Of a stretch of 64,000 bases of DNA, positions 1 through 10,176 are shown piece after piece (within the stretch, counting starts at the first letter, position 1; each line of letters begins with the position of its first letter). Position numbers and translations under genes: made by a program. This DNA comes from Blastocladiella emersonii ATCC 22665 (lineage: Eukaryota > Fungi > Blastocladiomycota), in assembly GCA_025594325.1 (NCBI GenBank), contig JANHCV010000007.1, positions 992,001 to 1,056,000 on the forward strand, read 5' to 3'. The notes under the pieces were generated by a model. The model was not told the origin of the DNA. It saw only the letters and a list, made by a program, of their open reading frames with translations, and made no database searches.

Positions 1-2436
1 GTCGTCGGCGCCGCGCTGCCCCCGTTCGCGCCAGTGCAGCCGCCCGCAGTCGCGCGGGTGGGCAGCGATAACGTCGTTGGCGCGTGGGAGCAGCGGTCCG
101 ACAGCCCGATGCCCGGCATGTACCCGCCGCCGCCGTCCCAGCCGCAGCAGCAGCAGCCCGCGGCCGCACCCGCGCCCGTCCAGCAGCAGCCGATCGGGAG
201 CGCGTGGGTCCGCATGCTCGCGGCGGCGCCGACCCTCGTCAAGATCGTCTACGACCTCCCGCCCGCGCCGATGCGCGACTGGGTCGTCGACGCGATCCGC
301 CGCCGCGCGCCGCACTTGCTGCCCGTGCCGCCCGTCCCCGCCGCGGCCGATGCGCCCGCGACTGCGGATGCCGCAGGAACCGATGCCGCCGGCAGCGACG
401 CCGAGGCGCAGCTCGCGGCCCGCAAGCGTGCAGCCGCCGAGCGGCAGCGCAAGATGCTCGAGGACATGCAGCGGCAGCAGGCGAGTTTCGCGGCGAACTT
501 CGCCGACGAGATGGACGACGACGAGGACTTTGAGGACGCCGAGGACCTCGAGGACCCGAGCAACCCCGTCGCCCTATCGTGCCTCGTGTGCCAGCAGACG
601 GTCAACGAGAACGAGATCGCCGGGTACACGGCGCGCATCGAGACGTCGTCGCTCGTCCGCGTCGAGGACACGCAGGCCGAGCTCGCCGCCGCGGCGAGTG
701 CGGCGGGGAAAGACGGCGACCACTACCTGTCCCTGCGCGGCCAGGTCGCCGTCCCCGGCCTCCACGTCTCGACGTGCGGCCACGTCCTGCACCAGCACTG
801 CCTCGACACGTACCTTGTGTCGATCCAGACCCGCCACGCCACGCAGCGGTCGCGCAACCACCCGGAGCTCGCCGCCTTCAACGAGTTCCTGTGCCCGCTG
901 TGCAAGGCCCTGTGCAACTCCCTCGTCTACATCCACCCCGCCGCGCACCGCGAGCAGGCCCGCGCGGCTGCCCGGATCCTCCACGGACACGACGACGGCG
1001 GGCGCGTCCTGGACCCCGCGACGTCCGTGTTCGCGCCCGGCCGCCCCCTCGCGCCCGCCGAAGTCGACCGCGTCTACAACCGCCGCATCGACGAGCTCGT
1101 CCGCGAGAAGAAAAAGGCCGCGGTCAAGGCCGCGTGCATGACGCACGCCGCCCGGCAGGCACAGGTGCACGCGTCGTCGGCCGGCGGTTCCTCCTCAAGT
1201 GGGGCCGACGGCGGCGCGTCCGCGGCCGCCCCGCCCGAGCTCGACGTGCAGCACATCCTCGCCGCCATGAACCCCGTCGACAACCCGGACGGGTTCGCGA
1301 AAGCCCCGTTCCTCGGACCCGTCGCCATGGTCTCCCCCGCCATCGACCGCGCCCACGCGCCGCTCGCGACTTTTGTGTACACGCTCGCGGCGCTCGAGGT
1401 CCAGGCGCGGCCCGCGCCGGCGTCGCCCGACGGGGCCCCCGAGTGGCCCCGCGGATCGCCGCTCGTCCTCGGCCGGATGCCGAGCCACGTCCTCCCGTTC
1501 CTCCGCCAGCTCGCGCTCAACGTGCGCGCGTCCGCGGCGCGTGTCGCGGCGGCTGCGGGCGGCGAGCTCCCGCGGATCGCGATCGGGGATGTTTTGGCGG
1601 CCGGGACCGACCCGTTCGGGTGGCTCGTCGTCCAGACGCTGTTCCCGCCGCCGGCCACGATTTCGGGCGACGATGGGGACGCGGTCATGGCCGAGGCGAA
1701 TGGTGCCTGCGACGACGCGGCGTGGCGCGAGAATATCCGGATCGCGGCGGCTGCGGTCGTCGCGCAGGAGGGTAGTGAGCGCGCGGTCGTGTTCCTCCGC
1801 AAGGCGCTGCTCCTCCGCGCCGCGACGGTCCCCGGGCTCTACGTGTCGCCGTACCTCGACTACCCGACCGAGGCCGAGCAGATGGCGCACGTCCTGCAGC
1901 TCGCGTGGCCGCCCGCCGCTCCCGTTTTGGGGGATCTGCTGCCGCCGCGCCGCCGGTACGTCGACTTCCCCGGCGCGTACCGCCTGATCCCGCTGCCGCG
2001 GCGCCTCGACACGCTGCTCGCGCGCCGCCTCCAGTTCGTGTGCGCGCGGTGCAACACGACGCCGCGCGACGTCGCGCAGTGCCTGGTGTGCGGCGCGCGC
2101 CTGTGCATGCAGTCGTTCTGCTGCAACGACCCCGTCACGGGCCGCGGCGAGTGCATGCAGCACATGGCCGAGTGTACCGGCGACACGGGACTGTTCCTCG
2201 ACCTCACCCGCGTCGCCCTCGTGCTGCTGCACGAGGAGAAGGGGCACTTTTTGCCGGTGCCCTACCTCGACTCGCACGGCGAGGTGGATCTCGGCCACCG
2301 ACGCGGCCGGCCCATGTTCTTCAACGCGCCCCGGTACGCGGAGCTCGAGCGCATGTGGACCGGGCAGGATATCGGGTCGTTCCTCGCGCGCAAGGTCGAG
2401 GCCACGCATGATACCGGCGGCTGGGAGACCATGTGA
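1..2436 (+). CDS. UBR1: N-end rule E3 ubiquitin ligase, C-terminal part (5' end lies upstream of the window)
   Basis: Frame is open from base 1. Interrupted RING-H2 (CLVCQ...CGHVLHQHCLDTY...EFLCPLCKALCNSL) and UBR C-terminal signature (CLVCG...CC...HMAEC...PYLDSHGEVDLGHRRGRPMFFNAPRYAELERMW). Confidence 0.92.
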   Translation, partial: VVGAALPPFAPVQPPAVARVGSDNVVGAWEQRSDSPMPGMYPPPPSQPQQQQPAAAPAPVQQQPIGSAWVRMLAAAPTLVKIVYDLPPAPMRDWVVDAIRRRAPHLLPVPPVPAAADAPATADAAGTDAAGSDAEAQLAARKRAAAERQRKMLEDMQRQQASFAANFADEMDDDEDFEDAEDLEDPSNPVALSCLVCQQTVNENEIAGYTARIETSSLVRVEDTQAELAAAASAAGKDGDHYLSLRGQVAVPGLHVSTCGHVLHQHCLDTYLVSIQTRHATQRSRNHPELAAFNEFLCPLCKALCNSLVYIHPAAHREQARAAARILHGHDDGGRVLDPATSVFAPGRPLAPAEVDRVYNRRIDELVREKKKAAVKAACMTHAARQAQVHASSAGGSSSSGADGGASAAAPPELDVQHILAAMNPVDNPDGFAKAPFLGPVAMVSPAIDRAHAPLATFVYTLAALEVQARPAPASPDGAPEWPRGSPLVLGRMPSHVLPFLRQLALNVRASAARVAAAAGGELPRIAIGDVLAAGTDPFGWLVVQTLFPPPATISGDDGDAVMAEANGACDDAAWRENIRIAAAAVVAQEGSERAVVFLRKALLLRAATVPGLYVSPYLDYPTEAEQMAHVLQLAWPPAAPVLGDLLPPRRRYVDFPGAYRLIPLPRRLDTLLARRLQFVCARCNTTPRDVAQCLVCGARLCMQSFCCNDPVTGRGECMQHMAECTGDTGLFLDLTRVALVLLHEEKGHFLPVPYLDSHGEVDLGHRRGRPMFFNAPRYAELERMWTGQDIGSFLARKVEATHDTGGWETM

Positions 2437-2454
2437 GCATTGTATTGTCTATGT

Positions 2455-3445
2455 CTATCTATCGAAGTGCTTTCGTCCTAGTTGACGGTATGCGTAGGCG
2501 GGGCCGTGGGCCGCGATGAAGCTCGCGACGACGGGCGCGCGCAGCACCGCGGCCGTCGTTGGACGTGTTGCTGGGTCCTTGGCCAGCAGCGAAAGGGCGA
2601 GGTGTTGCAGCGCTCGCCGCGTTCGTGATCTACGACCGAACGAAATCGTGAGCTGCTCGTCCAGACACGGTGTTCGTCGCGTCGTACATGGCAGGAAGGC
2701 CCAGCGCCGGCCTCGCGTGCAGAATCATATCAACCACGCCGTCGACGTCGTCGCCGCGGAACGGCCGGCGGAATGTTATGAGCTCGACGAGCACCACGCC
2801 GAGCGACCACATATCGACGGCCAGCCCGTACCGCGCGCCGCGGCACCGTTCAGGGCTCAGGTACACGGGTGTGCCGATGGCCGTGGCCGTCGTGGCCACC
2901 GCCTCTGGCGGTGCCCGCGGCAAACGTTTCGCGATGCCAAAGTCACCGAGCTTCAGGACGTACTTCCCCGGCACATCGCCGCCAGTGCGGTTCGGCGCGA
3001 GAAAGACATTCGCGGCCTTGATATCGCGGTGCACGATCCCCGCGCCGTGCACCGCGTCGACGGCGAGCGCGAGCTGCACGAGGAACGCGGCAACCGAGTG
3101 GTCGCTAAGCGGCTGTCGCGCGCGCTGCCGCCGCGCGAGGTACGCGGCCAGGTCGCCCGCCGACGCGTACTCGGTGCAGATCAGCAGGCTCGCCGAGTGT
3201 ACGTCCACGGCCCAGGTTAGGAGGGTTAAGATGTTTGGGTGACCGCGCAAGCGGGACAGGAGCTGGATCTCACGCTCCGGGTGCTCGAGGCCTGACCGTG
3301 CGCAGGTTGGGAGGTGTACGCGTTTCACAGTGACGGGCGTGCGGGCTGGGTCGCGCAGCGTCCATCGGTACACGGCGCCGTGGCTCCCGCGGCCGATGCA
3401 GATCCGCGGAGGCGGGCGGGGGCGGGCGTCGTATGGGTCTTTCAT
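2455..3445 (-). CDS. NIMA-related (NEK-like) Ser/Thr kinase, 310 aa, intron 2630-2687
   Basis: GRGSHG, HRDIKAANVFL, KLGDFGIAK, GTPVYLSPE, DMWSLG. Removing the 58-nt GTACG...GTAG intron restores the last subdomain (LALSLLAKDPATRPTTAAVL). Spliced length 933 nt. Confidence 0.88.
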
Positions 3446-3637
3446 GGTTTGCGTCGTTGATGGTGATCAAAGAGGTGGTGGAGGCCGCCACAAAGGCGGC
3501 AGGCGAGGGGTTACGGTGGCCATGGCCACCGTCCTGCGAGGCACTACTGTATCCACGCGGCCCCGACCTCTCCTCATCCCAGACAAGGGAGTGCTTCAGG
3601 AGACGCGAGAGATCAGCAAAACCATCACGAGTGTATA

Positions 3638-5631
3638 TCAAGATGTCAAGAACAGCGCGCTCAGCTCATCCCCACCGCCCGCCGCGTCCATCCCGCTCCG
3701 TGTCCGCGCTGACGACGCGCGGCTCGAGAACGTGGACGTGATCATGCCCTCCCACTCATCGTCGTCGTCCGTCTCCTGCACCGCGCTCTCGCCGCCCTCG
3801 ACCTGGTCGGCAGGATGCTGCATCGTGTGCATCGTCTGGAGCGCCGAGTCCCACTCGTCGCCCATGGCCGTAGTCGCGAGCCCGATCCACTCCTGCGTGT
3901 ACCGGTCAAAGTCGAGCTCGGCCGACCACTGCAGCAGGTCGTCGTCGTCGCCCTCGGCGAGGTCGGCCGCGCTATCGCTTCCCGATACTGAGGCAGGGGC
4001 GGTGGTGGCGGCCTTCTCGGCCGCGGCGGCGGCGTACATCTTGCGCATCCACTCGACCTTGCGCTGTTTCCGCTGCTTGATCTTCTCCTCGCGGCGCACC
4101 GAGGGCAGCGCCGGGTACGCGATCTTCTTATACGTCGTCTTGAAGTACACTGGGTCGTTGAGCATCTCGTACGGCTACACGACGCGGTGGGTCAGGGTGT
4201 GACGCGGGACGGAGAAGTAAAGCGCGCACGTTGCCCATGGTGAAGATGGGCCGCCAGCCGTTGTTCTCGAAGCGCTTGTACCACGTCTCTACAACAATGA
4301 CGCAGTTAGAGAAGGATCTACGGTCTCACGGTGAGGCGCGTGTACTCTTCTTGACATCGAGCGGGTTCGCGTAGTTGCGCGGCGCGAAGGAGCCGAGATC
4401 TATGGTCGGCCGGTGCACGTAGATCTTGTAGTAGACGGCGGGCGGGAAGTTCTCGCCGCCGAGCCGGAACCGGACGTGGAGCCCAGCCGCCGCGTCAATG
4501 AGCTGCGACTCGTTCGGGTTGATGAACTTGAGGATCGACCGCGAGTCGGTGCGCTCGCGGGCGCGGATCACGGCGCGCAGGTACGCGTAGATGCGGCGGT
4601 GCCAGAACCGGCGCCACGCGCGCTGGATCTTGGTCGCCGCCGCGTCCACGTTGCGCCTTAGCTCCTCGATGTGCACGCGCAGGTGCTCGCGCTCCAGGTA
4701 GTTGATCCCGTTGGTCCCATTCGCCCGGATCGACGCGATCGTCGCCTGCAGCGCGCGCTGCGCCCGAGACATGCGCCACACGGCCTGGATCTTGAGCGCG
4801 CAGAACTCGTCGAACAGCGGCGGGATCCGGCCCAGACTCTCGCACGCCGATGCGTGCACGCGGTACTTGGCCAGAACGCGCTCCTGCAGCGCCAGGTCCT
4901 GCAGGAAGTCGCGACGCGATGTCCCGAACACCCACCGGATCCGGCGACGCATGTACGCCTGCACCTCGTTCGCAGACGACGCGACGCGGAGGGTCCCGCC
5001 CGAGCCAGTGGTCCCGCCACCGGCGCCAGCCTCAGCAAGCCCGATACAAGACGTTGGCCGCGTGAGCTCGTCGGCGCCCGCGAGCGACGACTCGGGCCGG
5101 TACAGCGCGGCGGCACTCGACCGCCCGCTCGCGGGAACCTCGCTCATGGCGTCGCCAACAGCGCTCGCCGTTGAGAGGCCGTCGATCGAGTCGCCGGGCG
5201 AAATATCGGACGGGATGCTCGACAGCCGCGACGCGGCGAGGGTCCCGTTGCTCACGTCGCCGAACCGGACGTACGTGTACTTGAGCCGCGTGACGTGTGC
5301 GCGCCACGACGTCTGGACCGTGAGCGCGGCCGCGGCACGTTGCAGCTGCTCGACGAACAGCGCATTGTTTTTGATGTGCTGGTACTCGGGGTCGTCGTCG
5401 AGGCCCAGGTCCGAGCCGTACAGCGCGAGCTATGGGGGTTCAAGGATCAGACTCCGTGCAACCGAGACGGGCGATGGGTGGGCGTACGGAGCGCAGCGCC
5501 GGGGTCCGGCGCATCAGCGTCTCATACTTGTCGAGCGGGAACTGCACAAACGACAGCAGCTTGCGCGGGTCGAAGCCCAGCCCGATCCCCTTGAGGTCCT
5601 GCAGGATGGCATTCGGGTTGCCTTGATACAT
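3638..5631 (-). CDS. C11orf65: C11orf65/MFI-like IQ-motif protein, 607 aa; introns 5430-5487, 4289-4345, 4175-4229
   Basis: INPNESQLIDAAAGLHVRFRLGGENFPPAVYYKIYVHRP, WYKRFENNGWRP, KQRKVEWMRKMY and WSAELDFDRY match the family as I recall it. Three IQ-like motifs. Spliced length 1824 nt. Confidence 0.82.
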
Positions 5632-5842
5632 GGTGGTGGTTTTTTTGGACTGAAGAGCAGGAGAAGAAGGGTCTGGGATCAAGACGCCGCGTTAGGACCG
5701 AGCATTGGCCGCTGCGAGACAAAACGCGTCGAGCGCGAGACATCACGTGTGGCCACGCACGGCGACGATCGTTTGGCTTGTCGATGTCGCAGACCACTCA
5801 CTCTCCCTGCACCACGCCCTTTCTCACGTAAATGTTAAACTA

Positions 5843-7739
5843 ATGGACGGCAACTTGCCGCAACATAACCGCCTGTCGGCCTTTCCGACGGAGCTGCAGC
5901 TCGGACTTGCGCGTTATTTCGATCTTCGCGATGCCGCCGCCCTTCGCGCCGCATCACGGAGCCTTCTTGCTTCATCGATCTGGCGCTTTAATTCGTGGTG
6001 GCCGGCCCTCTTTGCACTTGCTGGCAAGGACCCAGCTCGATTCCGTGCCTTGGTTCCGGCTCTTCCGTCTGCCGACGAGTAATGTACGCCGGTTCAAGTT
6101 GTTCGCCACCACGACCAAGTTCGCGAAGCTTTCCACGCCATCATCCGCATCATGGTGCAGCACGACGTTGCCGACGACACGCAGTGGGCCATGGTTTACG
6201 AGTGGATCGGCGACCCGCTTCCCATCACGTATGACGAGATGGCTCGGCTGGCCAGGGTTGCGTACAAGTCCAAATCGGCGAATGCAGCGCTTATCCTCGC
6301 CACGTGGACAAGTTTGACGGCCGAACCGTTCACCGTGCACTTGTTGGGACTCGAAGATTACTTGGACCACTTTGACAAGCGCGACGAGGCCCACCAGTGC
6401 ATCCTCGAACAATACCTTTTCGAGGAAGACTATGGGCAGCGTATGTTTAGAGAGAGCGCCGTCCGCTATGCCGCCAATGCAGGTGCGGCAGTCTTTCTGC
6501 GAGCTCTCGTCTACCTGATGCGCCAAATCCAGGCGTCCGACGACGACATGCGCAGCGAGTTTGTGCACGAACTGGACGAGTTCTTTACCAAAGTCATTTA
6601 CGAGCGCGAGCGAGCGAACGACCTCCTCGCGGCAATTTCCGCTGTGCTCGCCTTGTGCCACTGCTTCCGCCATAATCCAAGCAAATTCGACATAACTGAC
6701 GGAAAGCTCATGCGAGCCCCGTTTGGTGTTCACCACGTCCAGAAACCGAACCGCGCCTCGCAAATTGCACGGTTCGCCGAGATCCTGGGCAGCGAAGCCG
6801 AAGCCAACGAGTACATGCCCGTCCTCGATGCGATCTCGCGCCGTTTCTGCCGCCTGGAGTGGGGCGCCAAGTTTTCGGGCGTCTACGAATCGCTGGCTGA
6901 CAAGGATTTCTTTTTACGGCGAGGAGCAGCGAGATTCTACCAAGCTTGTCCGCAGCATCCGCAGCATCCTAGCTGCCGATCTCATGTGGTGGGGACCCAA
7001 CAGGGCCATTATTGAACACCATTTCCGACTGCTCGAGGACTCGCCTTCGCTCGTCCCTCCAATTCCAGGCCTTCCCAAGCACTTTCCTATCACGGTTGCC
7101 AAACAGCTCGTCAAGTTCTTTCCCAAAACCAAAGCGTGGTTGCTTCGGACTCAGCCACTGACCCCGGCCGAATGGCGACAGGTTCTCGCACGCGTCATCG
7201 AGGCGTGGCAGGTCAAGATGTTGAACGGTGCCAAAAAGCAGTTTTTATCGTTCCACTCGCCTTGGGATCTTGAGTCGGTCGGTTTTCCTGAGGAACTTGA
7301 CGAGTGCAGGACGGTGGCTGATATTCGCGCTCTCATCGAAGTTCAGTACCCTCAGCTTCCCAAACCAGCGATTGCTCAACGATCCGAGCCGCTCGACTTC
7401 GCGCCACTTGGTATAAACGGACTTGGTCTACACATGTCCGTCATCATCGCATTTGTCATTACCAAGCGCCGCCACCTTGTGAAGCAGTTTGCCGCCGAGA
7501 TCACAACGCTCCGCAGGCGGCCTTGGACCATGTCAGAGCCGCTGGCCAAGTCGCTCACAGCTTGCCGCGATCTTCGGGACCACGGCGGGTTGCTGACGCA
7601 AATGCTCGACATCATGTTTGCCAACGGCGACCAAGTGACCCGCGACGCAAAACAGCGTTTTGTTCAGTGGGCGGTTTTCAACAAGAACGCAGCAGTCGTC
7701 GAGTGGGCCAGGCGGACGTGGCGAAAATTGAACAACTGA
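5843..7739 (+). pseudogene. F-box-like protein, copy 1; in-frame TAA at 6080-6082 and +1 frameshift at the T5 run 6911-6915
   Basis: N-terminal RLSAFPTELQLGLARYFDLRDAAALRAASR is F-box-like. ORFs at 5843 and 6152 share a frame across one TAA. Deleting one T gives DFFYGEEQ and joins ORF 6723-7739. Confidence 0.7.
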
Positions 7740-7941
7740 GTCTGTTTTAACTCAATGTCCCATTGCACTTGAATATAATATGTTTCCTCGAACATGCACG
7801 GACATCAGCAGAGGGCTCACAGATTGAACGAACCGGCGGCGTGCAAGGACGGTGAGACGCGACGAACAATCATGTGATGTTGTGCTTTCGCGTTCGTCCG
7901 CCTCGACTCGTTCTCTCGTGGAAGTTAGCGAGACCCGCAAA

Positions 7942-8596
7942 TGCCAATCTAATGGATGGCAACTTGCCGCAACATGACCGTCTATCGGCCCTGCCGACGG
8001 AGTTACAGCTCGGACTTGCGCGTTATTTCGAGCTTCGCGATGCCGCCGCTATTCGTGCCGCGACGGGCTGCGTCGATTCACGTACAACATCGCAACTAAG
8101 CTCGCGGGAACCCCGTTCTTTGCTTTCTCTCCAAGCCTGACCGATATCGTGAATCATCTCGAGCCCCTTAAGCCGCTTGTGACCGAAAACCCTTCGTCAG
8201 GGTTCGGGACGTACACGGAGGCAGCCTGCGCGCCAGGACGCAAAGCACGCGTGATTTCTCGACCGAGCTCTGGGCAGTGGATCTTTCATGCATTCCGTGG
8301 TCATCGCTTATATCATCGTACACCAAGGCCAACTTGTGGAGGAGCTTGCCACCGCGGTAACGACGCTGCGTCAGCGGCCGTGGGTCATGTCCGCTGAACT
8401 CGCTCGGATCCTCACGTGCGGCCGCGTCTTTTATATCTACGGCGAGCGGTTGACTCGGATGCTGGAGGTGATGTGGAACAACGGCGTACTGGCCGCGCGC
8501 GACATTCGAGAGCACTTTGTCAAGTGGGCGCTGCGCCGCGAACGGTGCTCCGTCCGCGAGTGGGGCGAGCGGATGCAGCACCGACTCGACGAATAG
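7942..8596 (+). pseudogene. F-box-like protein, copy 2 (internally deleted, frameshifted)
   Basis: MDGNLPQHDRLSALPTELQLGLARYFELRDAAA is near-identical to copy 1. The C-terminal TTLRQRPWVMS...HFVKWA aligns with copy 1 TTLRRRPWTMS...RFVQWA. Confidence 0.7.
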
Positions 8597-8884
8597 GAGA
8601 CATGGACGTCGAATAAAGAGTAGTTCAAGTTGGGATCGCGAGCTCACTAGCGGGATCTCGGACTGAGCGATGACCGAGCCGCGCGGAAGCACAATGGGAC
8701 GCGATGAACAATCATGTCATGGATGAAGCAGTTGTGTCGCGCAACTGTCGGCGAACTGAGACTTCACCTGTCATGTCAGGGACTATCCGTCTCGTTCGCA
8801 CCGCCCCGACCCCCGTCTCCGTGTCATTCAAATGTAATAAAACTTGCAAAAATTTGACCATCTGTTGGTTTTGCTGACTCGAGC

Positions 8885-9265
8885 CTCCCTAAGCGCATCG
8901 AGCCGTTCGACTTCACATGGATGGGCGTGAACGGGACCTGTTTACACATGCATGACCATACATGACGCGCTTCCCTTCGTTGTGATCCTACAGCCCGGTT
9001 TCATGAAGCATTTCGGACTGGAACTGACCACGTTCCGCTTGCAGCCGTGGATCCTGTCGCGCGAACTTACGGTGAAGCTTGTCCAGTGTGGCGATTGCGT
9101 CGAGCACGGCAAGCGGTTGACCCCCAGATGCTAGACGTAATGTGGATCAACGGCGTCGTCTCGACCCACCAAGTACGGGAGACGTTTGTTTAATGGGCGC
9201 TGCAGCACAAAGCGGAAGTGGTCCTTGAGTGGGGCGAGCGCATGCAGCAGCGCGTTGGCGAGTAA
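8885..9265 (+). pseudogene. F-box-like family copy 3 (C-terminal fragment only)
   Basis: EPFDFTWMGVNG, TTFRLQPWILS and ETFV*WALQHK...EWGERMQQRVGE align with copies 1 and 2; contains frameshifts and a TAA at 9191-9193. Confidence 0.62.
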
Positions 9266-10176
9266 GTATCCCACCCACCGTTTGTTTTCATCAAATATAT
9301 ACGTTTGCGGCTCACGCAAGTATTCAAGCTAGCTCACTCCATTCGTCTCCTGATCATCATTTCCGGCTTGTCGGCTGTAATCACAGCATCACTCCGCGTT
9401 GTGGTGAATTCGTCACGCTGGCTGCATAGCGCCAAATGCTCGCCCACGGGTGCAGGCCGGGCAACGGAGTAGTCGAACGAGCGCTCCGCAATCACTGCTT
9501 GGTTGGAATAACATTAAACACAAAGGAGAGCTTTCCGTTCCAGCATCCACTTGCGCAGGTCAGGCTTGAAGTGGCGCGCAGGTGCAAGTCCCACACCGCT
9601 GAACCGAAAACGCGTCCGAGTGCGATAAAGTTTCTCAACGACCCGAAGCAACCGCGCAAGGGTGCATTCCATCTCAAATCGGGATTTAGCCCTGCTGAAA
9701 CCCAGCCGCCACCGGCCACCGACGCGACGCGGCCGAAACGCGAGACGCGTTGATCAAACACGTGACGGGCGCGAGACAGATCCAAGGCGCCTCGCGTCGC
9801 GTAGCGGTGCGTTGCGGTGCCGTGGCGAGCCGCACTTCCGCCCTTCTCGAAAGCGGGTGGCCGCCGACCGTACTTCTTTTCTCGTCAGGAGTACGGACGG
9901 GACAGTAAACCCGGCGGCAGGGTTGCGGCGCGCGTATAAAAGGGCGGGACCGCCCGTCGCACGACCGAGACCAAGAATCGAAGCGACCAAGAAGACGTCA
10001 AGAAGTAGGAGAAAAAAAAAACCATTTGTGATATAGTGCATAGCAGCCAACCGAGGAAAAATCGCAAACGCGCGGTACTCAAAAAAAGGGGTAGGGGATC
10101 GGAGGGGAGGGGAGGGGGGTATTGGAAGCAAAGTAATCACACACACACGCACTCGAGAAGTAGCACACCCAGATCA

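Noticed and set aside
2630-2687. Apparently truncated NEK kinase domain
   Set aside because: A canonical 58-nt intron restores the final kinase subdomain.
9935-9941. TATAAAA on the plus strand
   Set aside because: No plus-strand gene follows; it lies downstream of the minus-strand ZnF-C stop. An antisense promoter cannot be supported from sequence alone.
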